DNA of 64,000 nt from Octopus vulgaris (lineage: Eukaryota). The stretch's first letter is position 1, and each line of letters opens with the position of its first letter. Shown here in pieces: positions 25,712 to 41,186 of the stretch. The stretch spans positions 49,104,001-49,168,000 of the forward strand of contig OX597815.1 in NCBI GenBank assembly GCA_951406725.2, written 5' to 3'. Made by a program: the position numbers and the translations under genes. Under the pieces are notes generated by a model. The model saw nothing but the letters and a program-made list of their open reading frames with translations, was not told the origin of the DNA and ran no database searches.

Positions 25712-28261
25712 ATATCCTATCTTATGTTATTCTATCCACTTTTACGCTCACTCCCTCTCTAGGCTTGTTTACAACCCACTTGCTTCCTCTCTCTTCATTG
25801 TTTCGTTTTTACTCAAGTTCTTTGACACAATTACTCATTCAGCTTCTTTCCCCACCCCCGCACACCGCCACCTCACCCAACTCGCCACCTTAAATCCCAT
25901 CGTTTCATTCATGACAAAGAAAACTTCCCTTCCCACAAACTACACGAAAAATTAGGGGCAACACCAGCAGCCGCCACTGCCGCCGCCGCCGCAGCTGCAG
26001 TAGTAGTAGTGATAGTAATAGCAGTGGTAGTGGCAGCAGCAACTGAAGTTCCTCTTGAAATGATGAATCTACCCGTGTCAAAGAGAGAAAATAGGGAAAG
26101 TAGTTCACGTTTTAGGGGTTTGTTATATTAGTGGTAGTGACGGAGATAGTGGCACGTGGTGGTGGTATCGGTAGTGGTGGCATTGGTAGCAATAGTGGTA
26201 TGTATTGGTGATACGGGGATGGTGGCAGCAACAGTAGTAGTGGTTAGTGGTGCTGATGTTGATGGTGGTGTTAGTTGTCGTAGACGTAGTAGTTGTTGTG
26301 GTACTGGTTGTAGTAGTAGTGTCGTTGTCGTAGTTGTAGTAGTGAAAGTGGTGGTGGTGGTGGTGGTGATTTGTGATGGCAGCGTTGTTAATAGGAGTAA
26401 AACAGATGCACGACATTGCGTGTAGCGGTAATGGTGTTGCTCCAGATCTGCCCTGATGAAGTGGACTTGTGATTGTTTTGGTTCTTTTTCTCCTTATTCG
26501 GGGTTGTATTTGCCAGGCAAATGATTTGATCTAAGACACCGTCTGTTGAAACTAAAACGATTACAGTGAGGAAAACACAGGTCGAGTTTGCTTTTCATCT
26601 TTTCGGAATCGATAAAATAAGTATCAGTTGAGCACTGGGGTCGATGTAATCGACTTACCCACCACTCCCGAAATTGCTGGCCTTGTGCCAAAAATTAAAA
26701 CCAATATGTCTTCCACACTGTAATCATAACAGCTTTGATCATATCAACACTATTTGAGACATTCCGCTTTTTTCTTCTTCAAACATTATGTACTACCGAA
26801 GCTATAGTAGAAGACACTTGCCAAAGTACCATGCAGTGGGACTGAACTTGGAACCATGTGCTTGGGAAGTAAGCTTCTTACACACAGCCACGCCTATATG
26901 TCTAACAATACATTATTTTAATGTATGTCTCTTAAGGCGGTTGATTTGGATTCGAGGTGAATTTGGCTGGCAAAAGAGGCAATTGTTCTCGTCACATATT
27001 TGGTGGATGTAGGTAGGATTTGACTCTCGTTTTTGAAGCAAGTTTTATTAGAATTTGAGGCCTGTTTTTTTTTCAGTATTTATCATAGCTTGCAGGATTT
27101 GGTATGACCAAAGCTTTTAATAAATTTAGCACAAACACTAACATACCAGTCTTCATGTATAACAGTTAACATTCACAACCATCTATTTATCACACATAAA
27201 CACAGCACGTCCATAAGAGATAATGTCTCTGGTTGAATACCGCAGTAAGTTTCCCGTCAACGATGTATTTACATTAAGTATGAAACGTAGGCGTCTATTT
27301 TAATTTAATATTGCTTATATTGCATACAATGGATTTTATTCACCCGAGCGGTTATTCGCTACATCAGTGAATGCTCTATTCACTGTTTCGTATATATCGG
27401 AGGCGACAAATTTTCTCTACGCATGTAGCTGGCTGTGATTACATGGCACTGATAAGGCCCAAATATCCCGCAATGTATATGGCGTTCGCGCTAGTTATTA
27501 GTGGGATGGGACAACTTTCTTCTTTCTCTGGTATATATTGTTTCTAAACACAGCACATCCATAAGATATTATTGCAGTAACTTCCCTTTTAACGATGCAT
27601 CAACATTAAGTTTGATAGCTATTTTAGGTAGCTATTTTAATCTAATATTACTTCTGTTGCGTATAACGGATTCAACATTTATATTCATATTTCTGTGAAA
27701 CATTTATGTATTTGTGTTTGTGCTTAACCGAGCAGGTTTTTTTTACATTTAACCTTTGTTCATATGTTTATATGACTTGTCAATTCTTATTAAAACAATA
27801 ACCAGACTTTGATGGCTAAATTTGGTGATTTGACGTGTATTCTAAATGTTGTATGAAGTGCATTGGACACTAGGATGTCTAAAGCTGGCCTTGCACAATG
27901 ATAGACCCGTGAGGATTAGAAAGTTTGTTGACAAAGCACCATGTTGAATAAAATCAAATTGGTTTCAAACTTTGTATCTTTGTTCAGAATTTTGGTAAAG
28001 AAAATAGATTTACACGGATGTAAACATTTTACTTTCGCATTGACAAAAAAAAAGTTTGGCGGGATATTTCACTAATATTTTTTATGGGGAGGAGTGTGTG
28101 TGATGGGAATAGGGGTGCTGGGTAATAATTGTCAGTTTGAGACCCACTGGCGGGAAGTTTGAGACCCGCTAGCAGGAAGTGATGATGATTGTTAACGTGA
28201 AGGTGGACGGGTGGTATATAACGACAGATATTGCTGGCTGTCACAATCTTTCATTTCGTCT

Positions 28262-28824
28262 AGACGGCGAGCTGGCAGAAACGTTAGCACAAGCGGTATT
28301 TCGTCTGCCGCTTCGTTCTGAGTTCAAATTCCGCCGAGGTCGACTTTGCCTATCATCCTTTCGGGGTCGATTAAATAAATGCCAGTTACGCACTAGGGTC
28401 GATATAATCGACTTAATCTGTTTGTCTGTCCTTCTTTGTCGTCTCTGTGTTTAGCCCCTTGTGGGTAGTAAAGAAATAGGTATCTCGTCTACTGCTACGT
28501 TCTGAGTTCAAATTCCGCCGAGGTCGACTTTGCCTTTCATCCTTTCGGGGTCGATTAAATAAGTACCAGTTACGCACGAGGGTCGATATAATCGACTTAA
28601 TCTGTTTGTCTGTCCTTGTTTGTCTCCTCTGTGTGTAGCCCCTTGTGGGCAGTAAAGAAATAGGTATTTCGTCTGTCATTATGTTTTGAGCTCAAATTCC
28701 GCCGAATTTGCCTTTCATCTTTTCGAGGCCGATAAATTAAGTACCAGTTGTGTACTGGGGTCGATGTAATCGACTGGCCCCCTCCCACCAAAATTTCAGG
28801 CCTTGTGCCCAGAATAGAAAAGAA
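28262..28824 (+). mobile_element. SINE-A tandem trimer (two young-tail units followed by an old-tail unit)
   Basis: Junctions aaagaaata|ggtat at 28478/9 and 28662/3 (184 bp apart). The last unit ends ...ggccttgtgcccagaatagaaaag. Confidence 0.9.
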
Positions 28825-28861
28825 TCTTTCGTCTCGCCTGTTAGTATATATAAAGGTAGAT

Positions 28862-28918
<57 letters not shown>

Positions 28919-29810
28919 GAGACAGAGATGAGGGAAGAGGAGACAGAAAAGGAGATATAATAATAAATCTCTCAGTATTCTTTTCCTCTTTCTTTATCTT
29001 TTTCTTCTTTCCTTCTGTCTCTCTGTCTCTCTCTCTCTCTGCCTTCGATCCTCCATTTCTCCACTACTTCTTTCCTCTATTCCACCATCCATTTCTTTCT
29101 TTCTTCTTTTCATAATTTCTCTACTTTCTTTCATAATTCGTTTTCCTTCCTTGCTTCCTTTCAACTTTCCTTCGCAGAATTATTAATAAAGTTTTCGATG
29201 TACGCTTTTGTTTTGTTTTGTTTTCTGTTTTGTTTTTTTTTTCTTTACTGTTTCTAAGTGTCGTTCATTTACTTCTGAAGTCGATAATGACAAACATGTG
29301 GGGTGGTAAGATAAGTAAAGCGTCGGGTATAGATGAGTACAAGTATAGAAGGAAATAAGGGGTAGAGAGGAACTAGCTACATCGTGTAAGAAGCAGTGAT
29401 AAAGGGGGTTGGCACTGCCAGATGATGTTTCACATCTATACTCGACCAGGCATGCAAAAAGAAATAACAACAAATGACAAAAAAAAAACAAACGAAAAAG
29501 CAAATAAAGCATCAGCTAGTTAGTTGACTCGTGTGTATTACGAGTGTCAGTGGGTACTCTCTCGGCTCGGGTAGATGCGCTTCGAAGTGTGGTAGAGTGA
29601 AAGCGAAAGCGAATTTCAACCTTGATCGTACCCTACAATAACTGCGTCACCCACCAAAGCACAAGAACGTGTAATGTCGGTCTGCTTTGCAAACAGTCGT
29701 GTGTGTGTGTGTGTTGAAATATGCGTATATGTCGTTGTATATATTCGTGAAATGGGCTTGCGTGTGTGTGTGTATGTGTGTCTGAGTTTGTAGTTGTGTA
29801 TTGTGTGCAA

Positions 29811-29854
<44 letters not shown>

Positions 29855-30357
29855 AGATAGGGGGTAGCGAGGAAAGTGAAGAGAAGTCATTAGGAGTGTG
29901 CTACGTAATACTATCTCCAAGAAAGAGAAAACTCAATACGATGTAGAGTCATATCATTTATTTATTGCGAGAATTGAAAGGTTCAATGATTCACAGTGAC
30001 CTGCGGTTTCACCCCGGCCCAGCTTAAAATCGCTAGCCACTGTGAGGTATTGAACCATACAATTCCCACGATATATATATATATATATATATATACCTAT
30101 GTATGTATGTTACTATGTTTGTATAATAGCATGCTTAAAAATTCTCTTTCCTCCAACATCTGAAATTTTGGGTGAGAGAGAAAGATAGTGACATCGAGCA
30201 TAAAACTTAACTGGGACCGTATTTTGCGAACACCGACAGAATGAAAAGGCGAAAATAACCCCACGGTGAGACAGTAGCAATACCACACTACATTTTCCCG
30301 AAGTCCTAACGATTCTTACTTTTGATAGATGATATCGCGGGATACAATATTGAAGAT

Positions 30358-30587
30358 GGCGAGCTGGCAGAAACGTTAGGACGTCGGGCGAAATGCGTAG
30401 CCGTATTTCGTCTGCCGTTAAGTGTTCTGGGTTCAAATTCCGCCGAGGTCGACTTTGCCTTTCATCCTTTCGGGGTCGATAAATTAAGTACCAGTTACGC
30501 ACTGGGGTCGATGTAATCGACTTAATCCCTTTGTCTGTCCTTGTTTGTCCCCTCTGTGTTTAACCCCTTGTGGGTAGTAAAGAAATA
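30358..30587 (+). mobile_element. Full-length young-tail SINE-A with a 13-bp TSD
   Basis: TSD aatattgaagatg at 30346-30358 and 30588-30600. Confidence 0.92.
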
Positions 30588-30920
30588 AATATTGAAGATG
30601 AAAAATATTCAATAATGAAGGAATTTATAAAACGGAAGTATTCAATAAAATTTGTTTCTGTTTTCTCTTACGTTTTCAATATCGTAGGGATACGATATCC
30701 CTTCAGCATACATTATAAAGGCGGTGAGCTGGCAGAATAGTTAGTGCATCGGACAAAATGCTTAGCGGCATTTCTTTCGGCTCTTTACGCTCTAAATTCT
30801 AATCTGCCGAGGTCGACTTTGTCTTTCACCCTTTCGGGTCGATAAAATAGAGTACCAGTCAAGTACGGGGGGGGGGGTGCAATCGACCTGCCCACCCACC
30901 CCTTTCTTGTGCTTATAAAA

Positions 30921-31152
30921 CACTGGCTCCCAACTGGGATCCACATAACGCTTGGAGATCCATATAACATTTTGTCGTTAAAATTTATGCGCAATAAATT
31001 GGTTATATGTCAACAATGCACAAAATGTTTTAAGTTTTTATACAATTCTTAATAATATAATACGAATTTTTAAACGTCAAATAGTTATGAGGGTCCATCC
31101 AAGTGAAACAGGAATCTAGGGATCCCATAGAAAAAATGGTTGAGAACCACTG
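30921..31152. mobile_element. hAT-like MITE
   Basis: Imperfect TIRs cactggctcccaac / ggttgagaaccactg. Confidence 0.55.
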
Positions 31153-31602
31153 CTATAAAAGAAAGGATTATTATTATTAATGAAATCGGCGAGCTGGCAG
31201 AGTCTTTAGCACGCCAGACACAAAATGCTTAGCGCCATTTCTTCTGACTCCTTACTCAGCATTTCGAAGTCTATAAAATAAAGAACCTTTCAAGAACTGG
31301 GCTCGTTGTAATTTCTTTTTCCAATTCCTCTAAAACTGCCAAAATTAGAAGGAATTATTATCATTTTGTAAATAACTCTATCCCGTTTACTTTTGTTATT
31401 CTAACGTAGCATATTAAAAGTAAATATCTAATAAAAAAAATACATCCTTTTAAAACCATAAATAGATGTCGTTAAAGACCGTGTCTTACATTTTTTCTCC
31501 AAAGTATTCCAAGTCTTGGTGCTGCGAGGATGTGGTCTTCCAAGCTTTCAATATTCTAATTTTTAGAGTATTTGAATCTGGTCTTATCACGTTCAAAGTG
31601 AA

Positions 31603-31906
31603 GGCGCGTAGCTTAGGGGATAGGGGTATTAGGTTAACGATCGTAAGGTCGTGGCTTCCATTCCTGGTGGCGCGTTGTATCCTTGAGTAAGACACTTTAT
31701 TACTCAACTGGCAAAAATGAGCTATACCTTTAATTCAAAGGGCCAGCATTGTCACAATCCGTGTCTCGCTGAATCTCCCTGAGAACTACGTTCAAGGTAC
31801 GCGTGTCTGTGGATCACTCAGCTGCTTGCGCGTTAATTTCACGAGCAGAATGTTCCGATGATCAAATCAACTGGAACTCTCGTCGTCGTAGACGACGGAT
31901 TGTCCA
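31603..31906 (+). mobile_element. tRNA-derived SINE family E (degenerate)
   Basis: tRNA-like head followed by gtatccttgagtaagacacttt. A weaker copy lies near 14140-14445. Confidence 0.6.
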
Positions 31907-32264
31907 CTTTTCATCTGTTTAATCTTCTTTTATCATGTTCGATCTTATGATCGGCACTCGGTCTGTTTGTTTCCATTTATAAGTGATCTAAGGATATGCT
32001 TTGTCTGTAATACACGCTGCCTTGATTTGAGTTGGTTTTTTTATAAGGTTATTTTTTTGTAGTGGATAAATGATATTGTGACACGGGTGTGGTGCGACTT
32101 GTTGAAGAGACAAGTTTTCGCTATATAATATTTTTACAGTTTCTTGGCTTGTGTTGGAAACAAATCTTTTATCAGTTTGGTACCCCACCCAACAAACAGT
32201 AGACTTGTGATGTCCCCCTCATCTAAGAAGCCCCAGTGGCAAATAAAATAAATTATTATTATTA

Positions 32265-32304
<40 letters not shown>

Positions 32305-32484
32305 CATTATTATTATTTCCTTATTCGGTTGTTTGATGCTGAGTTTTATTTCGGTTGTGTGTGCTTCTGGTGTATTGTGTTTGATGTTGTCTCTGGTGTT
32401 TATGAGGTTGATTATTTTGGGTGCGCGTAATTAGAGTTGTATTTTTATATGTTGCCTTTGTAAGTGTGTGTGTGTGTGTGTGTG

Positions 32485-32519
<35 letters not shown>

Positions 32520-32707
32520 CATATTCGTCTATGTAATTTTGCTAATGTGTGTGCTCCAGTGTCTGTATTAATGTCTGTGATGTTTTGACTCTTTTCTTTC
32601 AATTATAAAAAAAAAATTGATTCTATTTCTAGGTAAAACTCGCTGCATTGTGCTTTTCTGAAGTTTATAAAAGTGTTTTTGCTTTCTTGAATGACGTCGG
32701 GGTGTTT

Positions 32708-32744
<37 letters not shown>

Positions 32745-32812
32745 TTAATAATAATAATAATAATAATTATTATAATAATAATAATAATATTAATAATAAT
32801 AATAATAATTAT

Positions 32813-32850
<38 letters not shown>

Positions 32851-32975
32851 GTCCTTGATAGTTGATCAGAGGAAAGTTTGGAACTGATTTCCTGGTGTTT
32901 GCGGGTGGCTGGAGGTAGCGATATTGATCAGAATGTGTTGTCAACGAAATAGTTGTTTTTCTGTTGGCTTGATGA

Positions 32976-33050
<75 letters not shown>

Positions 33051-33594
33051 GCATGGATTGCTTAGGATAGAAAGGGTGTTTCGGTATAACGAGATTACGT
33101 TGCCTCTTGTGTTATCAGTATAATTTGAAAACCAGGAGGCGTTGAGTGTATCGATGTATCTTTCACTGGTGATGTTTATGGGAGTGTAAAAAGTATTGAG
33201 GTTGGGGCGTGTTGTCTGATGGGATGGTTTGTAAGGTTAATGGTTGTTTGTTATGTTAATGTGCTTAGTGTAGTACGCCAAAGCCAGTATTCGATTCTCA
33301 GAAGAGGAGGGATTAGTAAAAGAAAAAAAGAAGCCTAACACGCTATCTTCAATTTGATTTTCGCGCTAATCCTCACCGAGCCGCAACTTCTCAGCAGTGA
33401 GAGGTCGCAGCGCCGTTACTAGGGACATGCAATTAGAATGTCACAGAAAAGAATCGAAACATAGATTCTTCAAGCCAAATCAAATAGCAGGAGACCTTGG
33501 GGGTAGGCTAAGAATGTCATGAATAATACCCACGGTCTTAGTTACACCTGGGAATCCTATTGGAAATTCTAATGAGCGTTGCTTCTGATAAGAC

Positions 33595-33876
33595 CTTCTG
33601 GAGGAGGTAAAAGGATTGCACCTCGAAAGTTACTCTCCGAGGAATAAGTCCAGGCAAGGTTGTTTACCAGCCAACCATCTTCACGCTACTGATGTTATCA
33701 AAGGCTGATACAACTTGGCACCAATGGCTTCGCAACTCATTTCTACAGATGAGTGAACTGGAGCGACGTGAAATAAAGCGTCTTGCTCAAGAACGCAACA
33801 GACAGCCCAGTCCGGGAATCGAACTCATTGCCTCATGATTGTGAGTGATCCCGACGCTTTAACCACTGAGCCATGG
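33595..33876 (-). mobile_element. SINE-D copy
   Basis: Collinear similarity to 5079-5410. Confidence 0.75.
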
Positions 33877-34165
33877 GTCTATGGAGGAGGCACTTCTGGG
33901 GAATAATGGGCTGAGAAGATGACTGGATGGTTTGTGTTACCAGATTTAATTTTGAAGGCCTGCATTTGTTTTGCATTGTTTTTTTTATATGTTGCAAGTG
34001 ACGGCAAAACCTTTTGGTTCCATAATCGTGTTTATAATGTTCGTGTTGCCATTGCAGACGTATATGCTGAATGTACTGGATAATTTGTACCTTATAATGT
34101 GCATAACTAATATTCAGCTTTTAATAAGCAATCTGTCCGTCCATCCGTCTATCTATATACATACA

Positions 34166-34264
<99 letters not shown>

Positions 34265-35002
34265 ACGCACTCAGACAGATACACACACACATCTAGCTAG
34301 CTAGCGAATTTGGGGAGTGATAACCTGCTAATCAAAACACACACATTAGTATTGCCCTTCAGTTTTATCATTCAGCTTTATTAACAATTTATTAGCTAAT
34401 TAATTAAGGATAATTAGTTAAATAATTTGTAAATTGGGAATGTTTCGAATATAGAGAAGAGTATAGCATTCCACAAGATTTGGTGTGTGTGTGTATGTGT
34501 GTGTATATATATATATATATATATAGAAAGAGAGAGAGGGGGGGAGATACATACAGACATACACACATAAATACAAGCATATACAAGTATATGCATATCA
34601 GTAAAAATTGAATATGTAAATATATTGATATGCATATAATTAGAACCTCATAAAAGGATGAGTTGTCTGACGGTTCTTAGTCAACAAAGAAATAATATAT
34701 CATACGGTGAGATAAACTAATTGAGGCAGAAAGTGAGTCAGAAGACAATAATCGGGACGCAACTACGACAACAACAAGTACAACAACAGCAACAACAAAC
34801 ACTACTACTGCTAATGATAATAATCCTTTCTGCTAAAGGCACACGGTGTGGGGATTAGTCGATTACATTGACCCCGGTATTTCACCGGCACTTAATTTAT
34901 CGGCCCCGAAAGGATGAAATGCTAAGTCTTCTTCAGCGGAATTTCAGCTCAGAATGTAGCGACAGAAGAAATACTACTTAGTATTTCTGCCAGCTCACCG
35001 CC

Positions 35003-35003
<1 letters not shown>

Positions 35004-35038
<35 letters not shown>

Positions 35039-35047
35039 GTAATAGTA

Positions 35048-35078
<31 letters not shown>

Positions 35079-35403
35079 TTATAATAATAATAATAATTAT
35101 AATTATAATAATAATAATAATAATTATAATAATAATAATTATAATAATTATAATTATAATAATAATTATAATTATAATTATAATTATAATAATAATTATA
35201 ATAATAATTATAATAATAATTATAATTATAATAATAATAATTATAATAATAATAATTATAATAATAATAATTATAATAATAATAATTATAATAATAATAA
35301 TTATAATAATAATAATAATTATAATTATAATAATAATAATAATTATAATAATTATAATAATAATAATTATAATAATTATAATAATAATAATAATTATAAT
35401 AAT

Positions 35404-35443
<40 letters not shown>
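35004..35443. repeat. About 440-bp compound (AAT/TAT)n microsatellite
   Basis: Seen directly; gives the poly-Ile pseudo-ORF. Confidence 0.95.
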
Positions 35444-36119
35444 GCAACAACAACAACAACAGCAACAACAACAATAATAGTGTGTCTTGGGAGAGTCATG
35501 AGACCAATATTAATAACGTACGCGTCGGTTCAATTCCACTCCTTTATACTTAGTCAGTTGGTTAAATATCTATCCAAAAAACAAATCGCTCGTTTGTTTA
35601 ACTTGTTGGTTAAACAGTCAATGGTTGTATTTATTCATTTGTTTGTTTGTTTGTTCGTCAAAGTCCCTTCGTCGCCATTCGCAACCGTTTCATTGACTTA
35701 TCTCCCTTCGGAAACCATCTTCGTCTTTTTGAAACATTGTTGCTTGTATGTGTATGTATAGGTGTGTGCGTCATTATTCAGTTATATTTCAAGATTTCTT
35801 GCCTACAGAGAAAGAGCCAGGTTTTAACCTAGATACAAGGCTCTTTCATTGGAGTTCCAACATCAACAACAGGGCATTCTTCTATGTATGTATGTATGTA
35901 TGTATGTATGTATGTATGTATGTATGTATGTATGTGTACAGATTTGTATGTTTTGCTTTATGTATGCCTTCTCATGCATATACTTGCATATCTAGACTTG
36001 CTCGTATATACCTAAATGATAAACTTCTGGAAAGTTTTACAGATTTTTGCAGTTCCAGTGATGGCTTGGATCTGTAATCTTTGAATCAGCTCTCTTTTTT
36101 CTGGTTTTGTTTGTGTGTT

Positions 36120-36180
<61 letters not shown>

Positions 36181-36211
36181 ATATATGTCATTGTTCAGTT
36201 TAATTTCAAGA

Positions 36212-36936
36212 ATTTGCCTTTCATCCTTTCAGGGTCGATAAATTAAGTACCAGTTACGCACTGGGGTCGTTATAATCGACTTAATTCGTTTGTCTGTCCT
36301 TGTTTGTCCTCTCTGTGCTTAGCCCCTTGTGGGCAATAAAGAAATAGGTATTTCGTCTGCCGCTACGTTCTGAGTTCAAATTCCGCCGAGGTCGACTTTG
36401 CCTTTCATCCTTTCGTGGTCGATTAAATAAGTACCAGTTACGCACTGGGGTCGATATAATCGACTTAATTCGTTTGTCTGTCCTTGTTTGTCCCCTCTAT
36501 GTGTATCCCCTTGTGGGTAGTAAAGAAATAAAAATCGTTAGCACGCCGGGCGAAATGCTTAGTTGTATTTCGTCTGCCGCTACATTCTGAGTTCAAATTC
36601 CGCCGAGGTCGACTTTGCCTTTCATCGTTTAGGGGTCGATTAAATAAGTATCAGTTACGCATTGGGGTCGATATAATCAACTTAATCCGCTTGTCTGTCC
36701 TTGTTTGTCCCCTCTGTGTGTAGCCCCTTGTGGGCAGTAAAGAAATAAGAATCATTGGCACGCAGAGTAAAATGCTTAGCGACTAAACTTCCAAATTCGA
36801 ATTCCACCCTGGTCGACTTTGCCTTTCATCCTTTCAGGGGCGATGAAATAAGTACCAGTTGAGCACTGGAGGTTGGTGTAATCGACTTATCCCTCTCCTG
36901 AACTTACTGGCCTTTCGCCAAAATGTGAAACCAATA
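36212..36936 (+). mobile_element. SINE-A tandem tetramer (three young-tail units followed by an old-tail unit)
   Basis: Tail junctions at 36346/7 (ggtatttcg), 36530/1 (aaaatcgttagcacg) and 36747/8 (agaatcattggcacg). Confidence 0.9.
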
Positions 36937-37082
36937 TCATTGTCCAGAATGTCTAGAATGCAAGAGAGCGTTTCAAGTATATCTTCCCGAATATATTCTT
37001 TTTACAATGTATATTTAGGTACATAATAAAAAGACGCAAAATTCATTAGAGCAAAACGTCTTTATCGTCATATGAAACCTCT

Positions 37083-37129
<47 letters not shown>

Positions 37130-37216
37130 TGCGTGCGTACGCGCACGCGCGTGAGTGCATGTCTTCATATATGTATATACACATATTATGTAACAGTATA
37201 GAAAGTGAAATGTGTG

Positions 37217-37316
<100 letters not shown>

Positions 37317-37346
37317 AATATATATATATATATTTATATATATATG

Positions 37347-37379
<33 letters not shown>

Positions 37380-37508
37380 GTATATATATATATATGTATA
37401 TACATATATATATATATATATTTATATATATATGTATATACATATATACATATATTTATATATATGTATGTATAAATATACTTATGAAATGTATATGTAT
37501 ACACACAC

Positions 37509-37559
<51 letters not shown>

Positions 37560-37629
37560 GCCGACGGGTAAAATAATCTGGGAGTAGTTATTAACCACTT
37601 TCCGCTACAGTCCTGCCGCATCATAGTGT

Positions 37630-37672
<43 letters not shown>

Positions 37673-37976
37673 ATATGAATGTATGTATGTATGTATATAT
37701 GTATGTATGTAAGAATATACGTCGGCAGGTGTAAGTATTCAGTTTGGTGTCCGAGAATGTAGCAAACCCTCTAGGAATGAGGATCCTCTGGTCTTTGTCA
37801 AGGAATTTCTCTAGGAGAAGTTTAACTTGCATATAAACCCCTGCTCTACTGATATCTTGCACTTAGCTTGTCCCTGGGTTTCTTGGCGTTGTTAGTGAAG
37901 GTCATCGTGGTTTTATGCAAACCGTACTTATCCTTGCTCAGACGTTACTGACACTTAAGATTTGTCAGTGTGTGAA

Positions 37977-38362
37977 GGCGCAGATGTAGCTGTGTGGTAA
38001 GAAGCTTGCTTCCCAACCATATGGTTATATAGTTCCAGGTTCAGTTCCATTGCATGGCGCCTCGGGCAAGTGTCTTTTACTGTAGCCTCAGGCCGACTGT
38101 GAGTGGATTTGGGAGGTGGAAACTGAAAGAAGCTCGTCGTGAATATATATGTGTGAGTGTCATTGTATCTGTGTCTGTCTCCCACGCGCATGACAACCGG
38201 TGTTGGTGTGTTTAAGTCCCCGTAACTTAGCAGTTTGGCAAGAGAGTTCGATAGAAGATGTACCAGGCTTAAAAAGTACTGGGGGTCGATTCATTCGACT
38301 AAAACTCCAAGTTTGTGTTCCAGCATAGCCGCAGTCTAATGATTAAAACAGGTAAAAGGATA
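37977..38362 (+). mobile_element. SINE-B
   Basis: Family B head, body and tail. Confidence 0.85.
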
Positions 38363-38368
38363 AACCAT

Positions 38369-38400
<32 letters not shown>

Positions 38401-39211
38401 TGTATGTATGTATGTATGTATACAAGTAAGCACGTAAATGCAAAGTAAAGTGAAAAAAATAGTGCTCGAATACCGAAGGTAGAGTAATATACTTGTATGA
38501 AAGCAGAAAAAATCTCCACAAACTGTTAGTCAGACCCTCCGATGAACGGAAACAGTCTGTGATGATTTTTTCCGGATTTAAATGATGTATGTATGTATGT
38601 ATGTATGTATGTATGTATGTATGTATGTATGTATGCATGCATGCATGCATGTATGTATGTATGTATGTATGTATTCGTGTGTATATCAATACTGAATGTT
38701 GGAAAGTGAAACTGTTGTTCGGAATTTCTAGTTTCCAATATTCAAACGATAATTAAAAAAATAGAGCAAATAGATATTTAAATAAGATGAAATGGAAATT
38801 GTTGGATATTTAAAACAAGCTTTGATTAGTTGATTTTATAAGGGTACAAATGTAAATTAAAACGAAGTGCGAAAGATATGGAGGTTGATTGTTAGAAAGA
38901 AGGAAAACCGAACACGAAGTAAAAGGAGAGTGAGAAGAAACGGTAAAAAAAAAGTGTAAATGGAAGAAGAATTAATACTGTAAAAATAAACAAAGCTGGC
39001 AGAATCGTTAGCACGCCGGGTAAAATGCTTTGTCACATTTCGTCCGTCTTTACGTTCTGAGTTCAAATTCCGCCGTGGTCGACTTTACCCTTCAAACTTT
39101 CGGGGTCGATAAATTAAGTAGCAGTGAAATATTGGAGTCAACGTAGTCGACTTACCACCACACCGAAATTGCTGGCCTTGTGCCAAAATTATTATTATTA
39201 TTATTATTATT

Positions 39212-39750
39212 GAGTGAGAGAGCAGTTCATGCCATCAAAGTGACACTGGGGTAAAATATACGAAGCCCAATATACCCATCATGACTACCTGTCTGATAAA
39301 GGTACACCAGGCACATGCATCACAACCATATGTGCGCGACATGGTGATCTCATATCAAGATAAACAGCACATCACCTTGCAGGTGGGGCCCAGTTAGAAT
39401 TTTCTTCAGGTTGAGTAGCCCATCCCGCTCAAACGGTCCCTGAATAAGGGTTGTTTAAGGATATTGAACGAAACACCCATGTTTCCAGAGGTGAATTATT
39501 CAAACCCCAAAGAATCCCTATGTTGCTCCCCACTACTTCTGCTCGTGATCAGAGATGCACATAGCGTCAGCCACTAAGGGACATGCTCAACTGGTTAAGG
39601 TCAAACAACTGACAAGCAAATCTGTGGCATTGAGCAGAATATTTGCTGTAGCCCATCTTTTATACCAAGACACAACAATGTACATGATAACACTTCCAAT
39701 CAGTTAAGATCAGAAGCCATGAGAGCCACTGCCTGGTACTGCATCAGGGC

Positions 39751-39753
<3 letters not shown>
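39212..39753. mobile_element. About 540-bp non-coding element flanked by (ATT)n on both sides
   Basis: Reverse-complement copy at 55651-56195, also flanked by (TAA)n. Confidence 0.85.
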
Positions 39754-39829
<76 letters not shown>

Positions 39830-39886
39830 ATTATTATTATTATCATTATTATTATTATTATTATCATTATTATTATTATTATTATG

Positions 39887-40001
<115 letters not shown>

Positions 40002-41049
40002 TTAAGGCAGCGAGCGAGAAGAATCGTTAGTATGTCGGGGGAAATGCTTAGCGGCATTTCATCTGTCTTTATGCTCCGAGTTGAAATTCTGCCGAGGTCG
40101 ACTTTGCCTTTCATCTTTTCAGGGTTGATGAAATAAGTACCAGTTGAGCACTGGGGTCGATGTAATCAATCTATCCCTTTATTGAAATTACTTCAAAGGC
40201 AGCGAAATGCTTAGCGGCATTTCGTCCGTCTTTACGTCCCAAGTTGAAACTCTTCCGAGGTCGACTTTGCCTTTATCCTAACAGGGATCGATGAAATAAG
40301 TGTCGTTTGAGAACTGAGGAGGTCGATGTAATCAATTTACCCACTTCCCTGAAATTGCTGGCCTTGTGCCAACATTTAAAGCCAATATAGTAAAATAATC
40401 ACACGTAATGAAAGACTATACGAATATGAAAGGGAAAGTAGGTGAAGCAGAAATAAATAAAGAAAGAAAGAAAATATGAACAGAACAATGGTTGACAGCA
40501 ATACGAGATAGACAAACAACTCAATGGATTTATAGATAAAATATTTCACTCTATATTTTCTATAATACTGGCAGCATTGCTATATTGGAGTGATATACAG
40601 ATGGCTTATGGTTCTCCCGCCTCGTTCTGGATTTCGTTTCCCACTTCCTTGATGATGTATTTTACACCATTTAAACCCTGAGATTTCATATTATTTCCAT
40701 ACATACTAGAACAACATTTTTTTTTATTCTATTCATATAAGTAGGAATACTTTACTAATTTAGATTTTTATGCTTTCCTTGCTGCTCCCTTTTACCCACC
40801 ACGAGTCGTTGAGGAAGTAACCAGATGGCCGGGTGTATGAGATTAAAAGCGTTGATTTACCCATAAATCTACGGCGAAGATTACGTAACTTAATACGTCT
40901 CTAAAATTGTAACTGTCCAATGCTTACACGTGCCTGTATGCGTGCGAGTGGGAGTGCCCTTGTTTATATATATATATATATATACACACACATCTGTATA
41001 TATTTGTATATATATGCATATAATGTGTATACATATATGCATACACATA

Positions 41050-41109
<60 letters not shown>

Positions 41110-41148
41110 AATGTATGTATGCATTTATGTATATATCTACGTATGCAC

Positions 41149-41186
<38 letters not shown>

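Noticed and set aside
28262-28824. Repeat array considered as CRISPR-like
   Set aside because: The units are whole SINE bodies with no unique spacers, the context is eukaryotic and there are no cas genes.
32850-33300. Possible Penelope C-terminal remnant (RPNLN on the minus strand); also 37727-37930
   Set aside because: The motifs are too short to support a call.
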